Positions 46,079-60,684 of a DNA stretch of 64,000 nucleotides are shown piece after piece; within the stretch, counting starts at the first letter, position 1; each line of letters begins with the position of its first letter. The stretch is from Mobula hypostoma (Eukaryota): contig NC_086097.1 in NCBI RefSeq assembly GCF_963921235.1, positions 223,884,001-223,948,000 on the forward strand. The letters run 5' to 3'. The notes beneath the pieces were generated by a model, which was given only the letters and a program-made list of their open reading frames with translations, searched no databases and was not told where the DNA came from. The position numbers and the translations under genes were made by a program.

Positions 46079-49000
46079 AGAAAGAAAGAGTGCCATCAGA
46101 AAATAACAAATACTAAAGCTACCACCATAATTAAAAGTAAAATATGATGATACCATTTATTTTTGATCATAGACATAATGGTGTCATCTTAAAAGTACAA
46201 TGTAGACAATAGTCACTTCTTCGGATAACCAAGCACAGGCGGTTGGCTATGGGGAAAAAATGACAAAGGGAGGACTGTCCAAGTTGGTACAATAGAGATT
46301 ATCTAATGACTTTTATAAAGGAGCAGGGGAGGGAGAAGGGAAATTCATTCCGTGATGTTAAACAAAGATCCATTTAACAAATAGTCTCTTTAGATTTAAC
46401 TACATCCACACTTATCGGATCGTATCTGGCTTGGCTTTGCAATTCATGTTTTGGGAATATTAATGTTTTCAGAATAAATGGTAATGGTTTAGGCAGTGGG
46501 GAACAGGATTTGTCTTTGAGCAAAAGAATGTTCTGTGGTTGTTTTAAGATGGGGTCCATACAAGACGAGTAGGAGATAAAACTCAAGGATACCACTCTCG
46601 TTTTTATACAGTGTCACAATCGTTTTTATACAGTGATTGCAATCCTTGATTGTAAGGATTTTTGTTTCAGATGATATTAAAAAAATAGTTTTCAAAACAA
46701 CACATCATTTAAGGTCATTTTTTTTCCTAGGTTAAACCAAGCTAATAGTTAGTAATGTTCTAGATATGATCCATTCCACATTTACAGTTATCCTGGTTAA
46801 ATTCTTTAAAAATATGTTAAACTGATTAAGCAGTAAAGTTCTAGAAATTATCTACTCTAAACTGGCACAAAATATCTCTAAGCCATTACCTTCCTGCTGG
46901 GTTTAAGCACAATTATTTGTGCTCATTTGGCACTGAACAATAAAGACAGAAGTAGAAATTTCCAAATAAGTAGCAAAAATATTTTATTCATCCCTATCAA
47001 AAAAGATTAACATGAAATCAGATTTTGCTCTGACAAGATCACGGTTTTGCCATTTATCTTGGATAATGTTGACTTTCTAGATTTTCTTGTAGTTTGTCAA
47101 AGCAGTTCTCTTATTTTGAACACTTAATTTAAAACAGAGTCACAGCAAGGATTCTGTGTTATCTACAAGCAGGATAATCATCCGGGAGGTAACTGAGTTC
47201 AAGCATCGTCATGCGGACTCCAGATTTCCAAACAGGAAGTGCAAAACTGGAAAAATAAATTGCACTTAAACCTTTCCATAGGAGATGAAATAAAAATGTT
47301 CATAAAATGTATATGAAAGAGAAAAAACAATCAAGAAATTATTTATAAGTGCAAAGTGAATTCCTTTCATGAAGGAATGATTTCCTGAAGGAACAGTAGC
47401 TAGCCATTTAGTGGTAATTAGCACTTGTTATGTTTTTCACTCCTGACTGAAGAAGCTGTGACTTTTTAACCTGTATTGGAATTGAGAATAATGGCTTAGT
47501 CCAGATCCTGACTGTGATCCCTGTAGCTGTGGAAGGGTTTGGTCTCTGTGTCAGCAACTTTCATTGTTCAGTGTATGGACGAATCTAAGATCTGTCCTCA
47601 TTTTCCACCTACCCCCTACTCTTCCATAAGCTTTGCTAGTTATAAGATGTTTCAAGTTGCAAATGTTTATGGGCATTGTTGTTTTTGTAGGTTATATCCT
47701 GTACTGATGGAAAGTGGTGATAATCTCACTATTCTTGGTACAACTACACGTGAGCTATGAAGTGTATGTCCACAGTGGGGAATTAAATGTGAATCAATAC
47801 CTTTCTTTTCCCAAAGTGAAAAGAAATACTGCTTAGGTCTGTATGTAAAAGTGAGGAAAGATTCTGAATCTGTAATTACACCACAGCTATGAACAGAAAA
47901 TACGCAAAGAATGACGACTGCCAAAAAAAAGCAAAATTCAGCGATATGAAGAGACCTGTCCAAAAGTTAACTGGCCATAAACATAAGCAGACCAGTTCCC
48001 CTACGAGTCAGCAGATTAGTAGGGGAACATCTTCAACCACAAATAGAAACGCAATTCTCTTGACAGAAAATTGAGATTGTTGGATCTCCTGTTTTGAGTA
48101 TTAGATCTGACCTCCGACCTTCAGAAAAGCAGCTGATGTATGTACCATATAATCTCCCACCGATGTCTATTGTGAATGTCAGCCTTTAACACTTTTATCG
48201 TAGTAGGAATGCCACAGACTCCCCAGCCTAACAATCAGCAACAACTAAAATATGATAGGGTTATTACAAATTGTAAGCTTATAGGGAGTGAAGTGAAAAA
48301 TAATGCAGTAATTCAGTGGTTTGAAGGCATTTACTTTCATAGTAGGAGAAGTGGTCTCAAGAAGAGGCCCCATCCACCAAGGGTATTCAGGGAACAACTT
48401 CCCAACCTGAACTTCAAGAAGGAAAACTGTGTGAAGGTTTCAATGTCAGTAATGACGCTCTCACCGAAACCTCACATCTGCTGCAGGTATTCTACAACCT
48501 GAGTGGTGTTGTGACAGGCTGAAATGAACTTGAATGCATGTGGTTGTTTCTAGGCTACAGCTGGGAATATTCACTTTACTTCACCGTTTACTGTACGTAA
48601 TTACACATTCCAGACTACTGGTGCCCTTTTATTCCAATAATGTTTACCATATTCTCCCTTGACAGAGAAAAGCGAGCTGAGGACTCAACGATGATGCAAG
48701 TGCCATTTCCTGTGCAAGCCTCCTTTTGTCAGTGCTGCATTTTGACTCCATTTTGTATGGGAAATGAAAGGAAGTCCACTCCCTGGAGACACACCTGGTC
48801 TCCGGGCACAGGCTGCAAGTCTCATTGGTCAGAATCAGGTTTATTTTCACCGACATATGTCACGAAATCTGTTGTTTTGCAGCAGTAGTACAGTGCAATA
48901 GATTAAAATTACTAAAGAAATATAAAAATAAATATAGAGTACAAAGAGGGCAAAATAGCGAGATGGTGTCCAGAGATTCATGGGTAGGTCAGTAATCTGA

Positions 49001-49844
49001 TAGCAGAGGAGAAGCTGTTCCTAAAAGATAGAGTGTGCATCTTCACATTCCTGTATCTCCTCCCTTAGTGTGTTCTCTGCAGAATATCCTGCAAAATCTG
49101 CCATACCTTCATTCAGCAGTAGGCTGCAGCTCTCATTGCACTGATTCTGGGTGTATGAAGCTATCTATTTGCACGTGTACGAGTTCCACACTTAAGGCCT
49201 CAGCGCGGAAATCATGCATGTAGTCATGAAAAATGGGATGCCATACTGAAACAAAGATTCCATTGCCTGGACTTCATGAGGGAAGCAATCCTGCTATACA
49301 CCATACCATCATAGAAATGCAGTAAATAGGGGCAGGAGTAGGCCATTTTCCACTTTGAACCTGTCCCAAGCATTCAACATGCCCTACCTCAAAGCCCCCT
49401 TGTGGCATTTTCCCTTTGCATCTAGAAGTTGTCTGCCTCTTTCTTCAGATTATTCTTAATTTTTTTCAACAACCTACTGTGATAGAACATTCCGTGATTT
49501 CACCATCCTCTGAGTGAGGACGTTTCTCAATATCTCAATCCCTTGCCTCGTAATCGTAAACGGCAACCCCTCATCCCAAGTAACACACACACAATGCTGG
49601 AGGAACTCAGCAGGTCAGGCAGCATCTGTGGAAATGAGGAGCTAGTTGACATTTTCAGGACCCCTCATCCTAGATTCCTTCTCGTTGGGGGAGCATCATT
49701 CTCACTATCTTATCCTAACAAAATTTTGTGAGTTTCAGTCAGATACCCTCTCACTCTTATCGGCTCCAGTGGATACAAATTTGTCAACTTAATGAGTCCT
49801 CCTGTGCATCCCAGCCATCATGAGGATCAGTCAGGTGAATCTTA

Positions 49845-51188
49845 ACATACAACATAGAACAGTACAGCACAGTACAGGCCCTTCGGCCCACAATGTTGTG
49901 CCGACCCTCAAACTCTGCCTCCCATATCTGCCCCCACCTGAAATTCCTCCATATTCCTGTCTCGTAGTCTCTTAAACTTCACTAGTGTGTCTGCCTCCAC
50001 CACTGACTCAGGCAGTGCATTCCACGCACCAACCACTCTCTGAGTAAAAAACCCTCCCCTAATATCCCCCTTGAACTTCCCACCCCTTACCTTAAAGCCA
50101 TGTCCTCTTGTATTGAGCAGTGGTGCCCCGGGGAAGAGGCGCTGGCTATCCACTCTATCTATTCCTCTTATTATCTTGTACACCTCTAACATGTCTCCTC
50201 TCATCCTCCTTCTCTCCAAAGAGTAAAGCCCTATCTCCCTTAATCTCTGATCATAATGCATACTCTCTAAACCAGGCAGCATCCTGGTAAATCTCCTCTG
50301 TACCCTTTCCAATGCTTCCACATCCTTCCTGTAGGGAGGCAACCAGAGCTGGTCACAGTACTCTAAGTGTGGCCTAACCAGAGTTTTATAGAGCTGCATC
50401 ATTACATCGCGACTCTTAAACTCTATCTCTCGACTTATGAAAGCTAACACCCCATAAGCTTTCTTAAATACCCTATCCACCTGTGAGGCAACTTTCAGGG
50501 ATCTGAGGACATGTACCCCCAGATCCCTCTGCTCCTCCACACTACCAAGTATCCTGCCATTTACTTTGTACTCTGCCTTGGAGTTTGTCCTTCCAAAGTG
50601 TACCACCTCACACTTCTCCGGGTTGAACTCCATCTGCCACTTCTCAGCCCACTCCTGCATCCTATCAATGTCTCTCTGCAATCTTCGACAATCCTCTACA
50701 CCATCTACAACACCACCAACCTTTGTGTCGTCTGCAAACTTGCCAACTCACCCTTCTACCTCCACATCCAGGTCGTTAATAAAAATCATGAAAAGTAGAG
50801 GTCCCAGAACAGATCCTTGTGGGACACCACTAGTCACAATCCTCCAATCTGAATGTACTCCCTCCACCACCACCCTCTGCCTTCTGCAGGCAAGCCAATT
50901 CTGAATCCACCTGGCCAAACTTCCCTGGATCCCATGCCTTCTGACTTTCTGAATAAGCCTACCGTGTGGAACTTTGTCAAATGCCTTACTAAAATCCATG
51001 TAGATCACATCCAATGCACTACCCTCATCTATATGCCTGGTCACCTCCTCAAAGAACTCTATCAGGCTTGTTAGTCATGATCTGCCCTTCACAAAGCCAT
51101 GCTGACTGTTCCTGATCAGATCATGATTCTCTAAATGCCCAGAGATCCTATCTCTAAGAATCTTTTCCAACAGCTTTCCCACCACAGA
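49845..51188 (-). mobile_element. Relatively young 5'-truncated CR1-type LINE
   Basis: ORFs 50748-51044 ([27 protein letters not shown]) and 49908-50681 (257 aa of RT C-terminus). Confidence 0.92.
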
Positions 51189-52469
51189 ATCTTTCCTGTA
51201 TTCCCTCTATGCAAGAATGTCCCTTAAGGGAGAAGACCAAAATTGTATGCAATATTCCAAGTGTGATCTCACCAAGGTTCTATAGAATTGTGGCAAGACT
51301 TCTGAACTGCTGTACTCTAATCCTCTTATTGTGAAGCTCAACGTATTAACAGCTTACAGCACTCGCATGTTTCTTTTCACTGACTGTTGCACAAAGTCAC
51401 CCAGTTCTCTTCGTTGATCGAAGTAGCAGGAGTAGATGAGGAAAGAAGGAGAATGAATAAATAAGATGGTAACATAGAAATCCATTTTCCCACAGGTTAT
51501 CCCTGAAGAGTTCCGTTGAGTGCAATACCAATTTCCGATTATCAGTAGGCCCCCACTTTACCTTCTGTCTGTCAATACTTTTGGCCATGAGTCAAAAAAT
51601 TACCACATTAAAGAAATGTCCAAGCCAACATTATAAATAAATAAAATCTTGCAATACTGTTTGAAAAAGTCAACTGATTAATTGTATGTGTTGGTGTCTT
51701 TACGTTCCTTTACGATGCTATCTCAAAAACCTGTGAGCAACCACTGAATTTCACGAGAAGATCTTAAAAGGAAGATCTCCAATATTTCTGAGCCAAAATG
51801 CCCTGATTTGGGCTACATTTTCTTAGCAGGAAGACCATCATTGTGAGATTGTAAATTGAATGACAGCCAACAGCAAAATCCCTGTTGATATTAATTTAGT
51901 GCTGATGGGGGATGCGGGAGGAGAAAAAGAGTTTTCCTGACAAACAGACTCCAGACTTCCACTTCATGGGGCCACTGTCATTCCACCGGGGAATGCCTCT
52001 ACCGTAACCTGTGGCAACCGTGGTTCCGCGAGGAGAAATATTGCCTTCCGGTGTAAGGTTCATGTATTCAAGCATAACTATCATCCTCAAGATGAGGCAT
52101 CAAGGTGCCCATTCCAGTACAATACTGCCGAAAATCCCGTTTCTCAGAGCCTCGACTGTGCTCTCATCTGGCATAAAGTACAAGGGAGTTCCTCTCACTC
52201 AGCAATAAGATCAATGTTTATCCCTAGTTACTACAAAAACTTATGGTGATGCACCACAGAACAGGCCCTTCTGGCCCTTTGAACCGAGCTGCCCAGCGTT
52301 CCCTGATTTAACACTAGCCTAATCATGGGACAATTTACAATGACTAATTTACCTACCAACCGGTACGTCTTTAGACTGTGGGAGGAAACCAGAGCACCCA
52401 GAAGAAACCCACAGAGTCATGGGGTGGGGGGTGGGTGAGAACATACAAACTCCTTACAGACCCTGAAGA

Positions 52470-52617
52470 AGACTCCTTTCCAGTCCTGAAGAAGGGTCAC
52501 TGCCTGAGACGTTGACGGTTTACTCACTTCAATAAATGGTGCCTGACATGCTGAGCTCCTCCAGCATTGTGTGTGTGTTACTTCAGATTTCCAGCGTTGC
52601 AGAATTTCCCTCATTTA
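52470..52617 (+). mobile_element. PLE terminal fragment with tail
   Basis: AGTCCTGAAGAAGGGTCACTGCCTGAGACGTTGAC motif plus tail. Confidence 0.7.
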
Positions 52618-52974
52618 TTATCTGATGTTTTTTTTTTGACGACGTTATCTGTAAGAGTTGTAGTAAGCTAATTGTTTGCCAAATCCACATTCCATCACAT
52701 ATTGCACTTAGAAGAAAAACATTTACTTTTGCTGTGAAGTATCTTTGGATGGTTTGAATTTGAAAAAGTTGTTGAAGAACTGGTTTTTTTAATCTTCAAA
52801 CGATTCAACCCCGTTTTGCAATGTTCTCACCAAATGACAATCTAAATATAGCTTGTAATGTTTTCAGTTCAGGCATGCTGCATCTAGCCTCTGTTGCCTA
52901 TCGTTGTGTCCCACTTGTGTGATAAGATGGAAGAAAAGGTGTAGGTGGAGGTTGGTGTCAGCTATCAAATGCCG

Positions 52975-53850
52975 GCTATCTAATGAGTCAGCATATTGGA
53001 AAGAGATTGAAAATCTGACTGAGTGACGCCACAGACACAACCTTTCACTAAATGTCAGCAAGGCCAAGGAGCTGATCATTCACTTCAGAAGAAGGAAGCC
53101 CGAGGTCCATGATCCAGTCCTCATTGGAGGATCAGCAATTTTAAATTCCTCCGTGTTATTATTTCGGAGGACCCATCCTGGGCACAGCCCTTAAGGGCAA
53201 TTGCGAGTTAAGAACGGCACTGCCTCTAATTCCTTAGGAGTTTGCGAAGATTTGGCTGACATTTAAAATTTTGGCAAATTTCTAAACATGCGTATTGGAG
53301 AGTATATTGATTGACTGCATCATGCCAATGCCCTTGAATGGAACATCCTACAAAAAGTAGTGGATACAGCCAGTCTATCACGGGTAAAGCCTTCCCCATC
53401 ATTGAGCACATCCACATAAAACGCTGTTGCAGGAAAGCAGCATCCATCACCCAAGACATGCTCTCTTCTCGCTGCTGCCAACAGGAAGAAGGTAGAAGAG
53501 CCTCAGGACTCACACCACCAGGTTCAGGAAAAGTCAGGGCTTGAACCAAAGGAGATAACTTCGCTCAACTTCACTTGCCCCATCATTGACATGTTCCCAC
53601 AACCAACGGACTCAGCTTTAAGGACTCGCCGTCTCATTTTCTCAATATTTATTGCTTACTTGTTTATTGTTATTATTTTTTTCTTGTTGTATTTGCACAG
53701 TTTGTTGTCTTTTGCACACTGGTTGGACACCTAAGTTATGGGGTCTTTCATTGATCCTGTTATAGTTATTATTCTATGGACTTATTGAGTATGCCTGCAA
53801 GAAAATGAGTCTCTAGGTTGTAGATGTAATCTGATTATAAATTTACCTTC
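52975..53850 (+). mobile_element. Decayed Rex1/Babar-type LINE 3' fragment
   Basis: Similar to 56262-57205 and 18585-19093. Confidence 0.7.
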
Positions 53851-54084
53851 CACCTTTTTAAATGACTATTTGACAATCTATACAAAGGGAGAAGTAGGTG
53901 AGAAGCACGTAACAATGTTAAGGATTTACATTTAAATCATGGCTGATGGTGATAGCAGTAGGCGAGTGATTAGATATGAGATAGGATGATCAATTCACTA
54001 ACTTTGACCACTCTTATGGGATCATTCAACTTCTTGTTGTAATTACTTCTCGGACCACAGGGCTTGACTTGTAAGGCTTTTAAA

Positions 54085-54395
54085 GATCAGATTTCTTTGT
54101 CACCTTTACATTGAAACATCGACACATACAGTAAAATGTATTGTTTCCATCAACAACCAACACAATCTGAGGACGTGTGAGGAACATTCTGAAGTGTTGC
54201 CATGCATTGGTCAACATAGCATGCCTATACTTATTAACTCCAATCTGTACATCTTTGGAACGTGGGAGGAAACAGGAAACCCACTCAGTCACTGGGACGA
54301 TGTGCAAACTCCTTACAGGATAGCAGAGGGATTTGAACCCCAGTCTTATAGCTGGCACTGTAAAACATTACGCTAACCACTACGCTACCTGCTCA
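54085..54395 (-). mobile_element. tRNA-derived V-SINE-like element
   Basis: Reverse-complement similarity to 55175-55470, with A/B boxes (GTAGCGTAGTGG, GGTTCAAATCC). Confidence 0.65.
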
Positions 54396-55174
54396 CTCCT
54401 TCCAAATGCACATTCAGAAGGCAGTTCGTGATCCACTGTGGTAGGGGACAACCCTCCTCCATAACTGTACCATCCCCAGCGTGACAACTTAAAGTTCAGA
54501 GTTCATCCTCCTGTACGTTTCAACTTCCAATTTTATTCAAATAAAGGTAAGCAAAGGTTTTGGACATTCTCTTCATATTTATAAATATCCATTCAAAACT
54601 TCATTTGAAGCTATTCTTCAGCTTTCACCTTCGTCAGTCATCTATACTGTCATCAACAGTGTAATTTCCTTCGGGATCAATAATGTATCTATCTATCTGT
54701 CCACTTTGTCAGTCGTCACCTTAAGCAACAGAATGCTGACTTGTAGATTTTGTGAAGAAAGAAGACTTCACCTCCAATCACTTTAAACAGCCTTTAATAA
54801 ACTTTGAAACACTCCACTTCCTGTTTGTCTCAAACACTGATTTTCATTTGGTGTGAGTGAGTGAGTAACCATCTGCTGCTTCAGTGGATCTTCAAACACT
54901 GGCAACATTTTGTTGTAGGAAACAAGATCTCATTATATCGGTTTACAATAAAGAAAAGAAAATAGCCTTTCAGTTTGTAAAGCATGATATGGTTCATTGT
55001 TTACAAGGCACTGGGCAATGATTTCTGTTGTACATACAGCCTGATACTGACTGAGTGAGATTATAATTAGACTTAGTGCTCAGGATGCATTTCTCAAGAA
55101 AGAACATTGAAGGAATTAGCAGTAGAAGATGTTTTTTTTAACATCTCTCTGCACTCTCTACAGTAGATGTAATC

Positions 55175-55470
55175 AGGGCAGCATGGTAGATAGTGGCTTG
55201 TGTAACGACTTACACTGCCGACCCTGGTTCAATTCCCGCTGCTGCCTGTAAGGACCTTGCATGTTCTTCCCGTGACGGTTTCCTCCCACGTTCCAAAGAT
55301 GTGCGGGTTCGGGTTAGTGGGCCGTGGGCATGCGGTGTTAGCGTCGGAAGCTTGGCGACCCCGGTGGCTGACCCAGCACATTCTCGGACTGCGTTGGCCA
55401 TTGACGCAAAGGATTCATTTCACCGTATGTTTCGATGTACGTGTGACAAATAAAGCTAATCAAATCTAAT
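55175..55470 (+). mobile_element. tRNA-derived V-SINE-like element
   Basis: B box GGTTCAATTCC, GGTTTCCTCCCAC core, and an AATAAAGCTAATC tail. Confidence 0.68.
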
Positions 55471-55635
55471 TATAACATTACGTAAGGAGAGATGCGTTAC
55501 TAACAACATCCCTCTGCTGAGAAACAGATACACAATTCTGTCCTCCCTGTTGCTCTGCCAGAAACCTGGAGCAAATCTAGCAGCAAATTGCTCACAGCGT
55601 TCTCTGTGAAATCGCTGCCTGATGGGACTGGTTCT

Positions 55636-56258
55636 ATAAGACATAGGAGCAAAATTAGGCCATTTGCTCCACTGAATCTGATATGCCATTTGATCATGGC
55701 TGATTTATTATCCCTCTTAACCCACCTCTCCTGCCTCCTCCCCGTAACTTTTCATGCCCTTATTAAGAAAAGATGTGCTGGCATTGGAAAGGGTCAATGA
55801 GAGGTTCATGAGAATAATTCCAGGAATGAAAAGGTTAACGTATGAGGCGTGTTTGTTCGCTCTGGGTCTGTACTCGCTGGAATTTAGAAGAATGATGGGG
55901 TATCTTATTGAAATCTATCGAATGTGGAAAGGCCTAGATACAGTGGATGTGGAGAGAATGTTTCCTGTAGTGAAGGAGTCCATGACCAGAGGCCACAACC
56001 TCAGAATAGGGTGACACCCATTTAGAAAGGAGATGAGGAGGCATTTCTTCAGCCAGAACGTGATGAATCTGTGTAATTCGTTACCTCAGGTGGCTGTGGA
56101 GGGCAAGTCATTAGGTATATTTAAAACAGAGGTTGATAGGTTCTTGACTAGTCAAAACATGAAATGTTATGGGGAGAAGGCCGGAGAATGGGGTTGAGAA
56201 GGAAAGTGGGCCAGCAAGATGAAGCATCAGAGCAGACTTGATAGGCCGAATGGCTTGA
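55636..56258. mobile_element. CR1 3' fragments (minus ~55636-55755, plus ~55755-56258)
   Basis: LRKDVLALERV...LGLYSLEFRRM and CR1 termini. Confidence 0.75.
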
Positions 56259-56261
56259 TAC

Positions 56262-57205
56262 TGCTCTGTACTCTCTTTTCACCTATGACTGCGTTCCTGT
56301 ACATGGTTCTAACTCCATCATCAAGTTCGCAGACGACACCACAGTGGTTGGTCTGATCAGAGGGGATGACGAGACGGCCTACAGGGACGAAGTCCAGCAC
56401 GTGGCTGCGTCGTGTGCCAACAACAATCTGGCCCTTAACACCCAGAAGACCAAGGAGATCATTGTGGACTTCAGGCATGCTAGGAGCCACACTCACGTGC
56501 CCATCTACGTCAATGGAGCTGTAGTGGAGCGTGTATCAAGCTTCAAATTCCTTGGTGTCTGCATTTTTGAGGATCTCACCTGGTCCCTGAACTCCTCCAT
56601 CCTGATCAAAAAGTCACAACAGTGCCTTTATTTCCTGCAGAGCATCAAGAAAGCTCACCTCTGTCCCAGGATACTAATGGACTTTTACTGCTGTACCATC
56701 GAGAGCATACTCACCAACTGCATCTCAGTGTGGTATGGTAATTGTCCCATATCGGACCACAAAGCACTCCAGCATGTGGTGAAAACTGCCCAGCAGATTA
56801 TCGGCACCCAATTGCCCACCATTGAGAACATCTACCATAAACGCTGCCTGGGCAGGGTGAAAAGCATTATCAAGGATGCATCTCACCTTAACCATGGACT
56901 TTTTACTCTTCTCCCACCCGGTAGGCGCTACAGGAGCCTCTGCGCCCGCACCAGCAGGCACAGGAAGAGCTTCTTCCCTGAGGCTGTGACACTCCTGAAC
57001 CTCTCATCACAGCACTAAGCAGTACTGCATCCGTATTGTAATGTCTCAGTACTTTTATATTTGTGTGCTGTAGCACTTTTTAAATTCACAGTTATTTTGT
57101 AAATAACACTATTCTTTGCATTTTTGGTCAGATGCTAAATGCATTTCACTGGCTTTGTATCTCTACTCGGCACAATGACAATAAAGTTGAATCTAATCTA
57201 ATCTA
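56262..57205 (+). mobile_element. Young 5'-truncated Rex1/Babar-type LINE
   Basis: KFADDTTVVGLI upstream of the open 224-aa ORF 56344-57018 (KTKEIIVDFR, FKFLGV) and an (AATCT)n tail. Confidence 0.88.
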
Positions 57206-57466
57206 CGTTTGATGATTTTATGGTCTTAAGAATATCTACCAAACTCCAAGAGAAAAGAGACCAAGTCTATTCATTCTTATTGCATCCTCTGAAAGCCTTG
57301 CTATTTTTATAGCTATAAAATTAAGGTGTGGTAATACATATTGTTAATTATTGATGAAGCAATTTACATGTCTGGTGTCTTAAGGTGTTGTTCCACAAGG
57401 CTATCCAGAAGTACCAAGTAGTCAACATGAATTCTTGTGCTAATAACAGGCATCATTAGTTTTCCT

Positions 57467-57700
57467 AGCTGGCTGGTGGCGTAGTGGCATCAGTGCCGGA
57501 CTTCGGAGCGAAGGCTCCTGAGTTCAAACCCAGCTGGCTCCCCAGGCGCGCTTTCCATCCTTGCTGTGTTGAGCATCGAGCTAGCAACTTGACCTCATAA
57601 AAAAGAAATTGCCTGCTACAGAAACATCAACAGAAAAAAGTTGATGGCCTATGCTCTCTTGTGAGGTTAAAAGGCAATTTCCTTCCCTTTTTCCTTCAGT
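57467..57700 (+). mobile_element. tRNA-derived SINE, same family as 17500-17700
   Basis: A box TGGCGTAGTGG, B box GAGTTCAAACC, and a shared body GCTTTCCATC...GTTGAG. Confidence 0.7.
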
Positions 57701-59109
57701 TTTCCTAAAGTTCATAAAATAGGAATTATTTAAAGAAAAGGGAATCTCAAACTGTGTTTCTCCAAAACTGAAAAGTTATTGGCCTTCTCATTCTGAAAGT
57801 AAATGTACCTCTGTGAATCCAGCAGACAAGAGAACAGACAGGGTGATTCATACGATTCTGCCAATACTCCCACTCCAGGTATTTCTGAAGGATAAGGACT
57901 AAAATGTGTCATTTCTCACATAACAGGAATGGAGGTTTATATGAAATGTATGTTTTGCTGGAACTATGACAAACTACTAAAAACAAAATATGAATTGGTG
58001 TACAGTGCTTTTAAGATGGATACCTTAAAATAAACTTAATTGAGATTTCCAACTGTAGCATTTCAACAGCAATAATTACAATTGGCATTTTACCTCCCCT
58101 TTGTTTAATCTCTGAAGGTGAGAATGAAATTTAGACTAAAAATAGTTCATTATTTGTTTTTATTGGGTATTACAACAAGGCTACTGTTATTGATTCTCAA
58201 AGAGCTCAGCAATAACTTGTTAGATGACTTCCAACTCTGAGATTTCAACTTTACCTTTGTAAACCAACATGGAAGATATGCATTTTTGTAATTGGTACAC
58301 ATTAATGACATTTCATAAATTTCTGTGCAATTGCAACAGCTCTAAAGAGCACCACATCAACAGGATTCCCTTGCCATTTTACCACATTAGCTGTTATTTG
58401 TTGCACTAAAATAATTTCTGCTTATTCCATTGGAATCCAGTTTGGATCTTTTACTCAAATATTGAACGTTTGCATAGCAAAATCATGACAATTGATAAAT
58501 AATGCTATTTTATATCAGCATGGAAAATAAATACTTCCACATTTAGGAAAACTAAATTAGCTACACATCCACAAAATATATCCTCCTCTAACACACTTTA
58601 GGGAGTTCAATACTCTACAGTCAAATCCATCACTTATTGCAGTTTCACACCAGAATGGAAGCATCCAACGCTGAAAGTTAAACTTGTACAATTGCAGTAA
58701 AAAATATATTGATACAATACATGGCCCTCCATTCTGATCTCATGCACTATGAATCCTGATACTTGTAATATAACTTGTCCTGGGCAATGGCTCGTTACTT
58801 ACAGGCAAGTAGCAGTCTACTTATTTTTACCCCTTTGAAGAGAAGAAAATCCAATGAGATCTAACAGACTAGTTGTCTTTTCAATTTTTTTTGAGACAAA
58901 TAAATGATACATTTTTTGAGACAATGAGCAATTAACAGGAATATGTAAGGAAAAAGAAGTAGTGAAATGGCATGAAAATTAGTCTACATATCAATATTTA
59001 AATATATTGTGGTGAGTATTTGGTCCACGATGACAGACGAGAAAAGCTTGTTTAGCTCAACGGCCATTTTTTTGCGTTAGGCACAAAAATATTGATAATG
59101 CATCTTGGT

Positions 59110-59666
59110 AGTACTTGGAGTACTGTCGACAGTTTTCGGCCTCTTACCTCAGAAAGGATGTGTTGTCATTAGAGAGAGTCCAGAGGAAGTTCACGAGGGT
59201 GATTCCAGGAATGAAGGGGTTAACATATGAGGAGCATCTGGCACCTTTGGACCTGTACTCACTGGAATTTAGAAGAATACGGTGGGGGGGGGAGTGGGGT
59301 GGATCTCATTGAAACCTACTGAGTGTTGACAGAACAAGAAAAGGTGGATGTGGAGAGGATGTTTCCTATGGTCGGGATATCCAGAACTAGAGGGCATAGC
59401 CTCAAAATTGAGGGGCAACCTTTTAGAATAAGGAGGAATTTTTTCCTAAATCCGCGGAATTCTCTGCCACAGACTGCGGTGGAGGCAAAGTCTGTGGGTA
59501 TATTTAAAGTGGAAGTTGATTGTTTCCTGATCGGTCAGGGCATCAAAGGATATGGTGAGAAGGCAGATGTGTGGGGTTGAATGGGATCCGGGATCAGCCA
59601 TGATGGAATAGCAGAGTAGACTCGATGGGCTGAATGGCCTAATTCTGCTTGTATGTCTTATGGTCT
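59110..59666 (+). mobile_element. CR1-type LINE 3' fragment
   Basis: LERVQRKFTRVIPG remnant and CR1 terminus. Confidence 0.8.
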
Positions 59667-60684
59667 AAAAACAGACCGGGCGTGATGACCTGGGAAGAGA
59701 ACTGCTCAGTCTCATACAGATCGGGGTGGGGGGGGGGGGTAGGTGATATTACACATCCGGGTTACAATCAAGATGACCCGCAAACGCACAAGCGAATAAC
59801 TGTATAACCCAAGCAAAAAGGTAACAATAAATGAACTTGAACGTCTCACCATAATCCCATGAACGCATTTTAAAACAACTACAGTAAGTAGTGCTGACCG
59901 CTACGAATGCTGGGGTGAGCTGTCGACCACGCTCCCTCCCACCCTAGAATGCCACAATATGATAAAAAGTAGATTTCTTGACTAAAATATTTTAAAGGTT
60001 ATCCAGGACAAGATTTAAAGGAGCTGAAGTATAAGATATTCTTTGTGAAATATAGCTCCCTATTTGTTTGTGTGCTATTGGTGTCAATTTGCCTGCAATA
60101 TTTTTCCCAAAGTGCCCACACGTGCTTTAAATGCAACTCATGCTGTCTGTCAGTCAGCGTGGTATCCTGTGCAATGCTCCAACACATCAACAAACTGTAT
60201 ACAGACTAATGAGATTATGTCATCAATCTTTATACAATGCAGACCTGACACCGGAGCTGCCAAGCTGCATTTCATTTGCAGTTAACAATGCATGTTCAAC
60301 TCACATGGGGAAAGAGCTTTAACAACAGGAGCCCCTTCTACTCCCTTTTGCACTATTTGTCACCCACTACCAGCAAGCTGGTTGATAACTGACCACTGCA
60401 ATCACTAGTTATTGTTTACAGAAGTATTCTGTCCTTCTACACCTCATTCAAACAGTTTTGTTTTTTTTGAAGCTTTCAAAGATTCACCAATTCAAAGTTC
60501 ATTTATTATCGGAGTATGAATCCAGTATACAACCCTCAGATTTGTCTTCCCATAGTCACAGAACAAAGACCATGGAACCCATTCAAAGAAAAACATCAAC
60601 CCACTCCCCCACACAAAAAAAACAAATTGTGCAAACAGCAACAAAAAACAGGAGTGAAAAATACAGAACATAAAACACAAAACT

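Noticed and set aside
51880..52780. Possible ancient DeuSINE-like remnant split by younger repeats
   Set aside because: The resemblance is from memory and too decayed to support without a profile search.
55490..55635. Candidate upstream JPH1 exon
   Set aside because: No frame matches the expected ...ARELSPDFYQP sequence. That exon probably lies outside the window.
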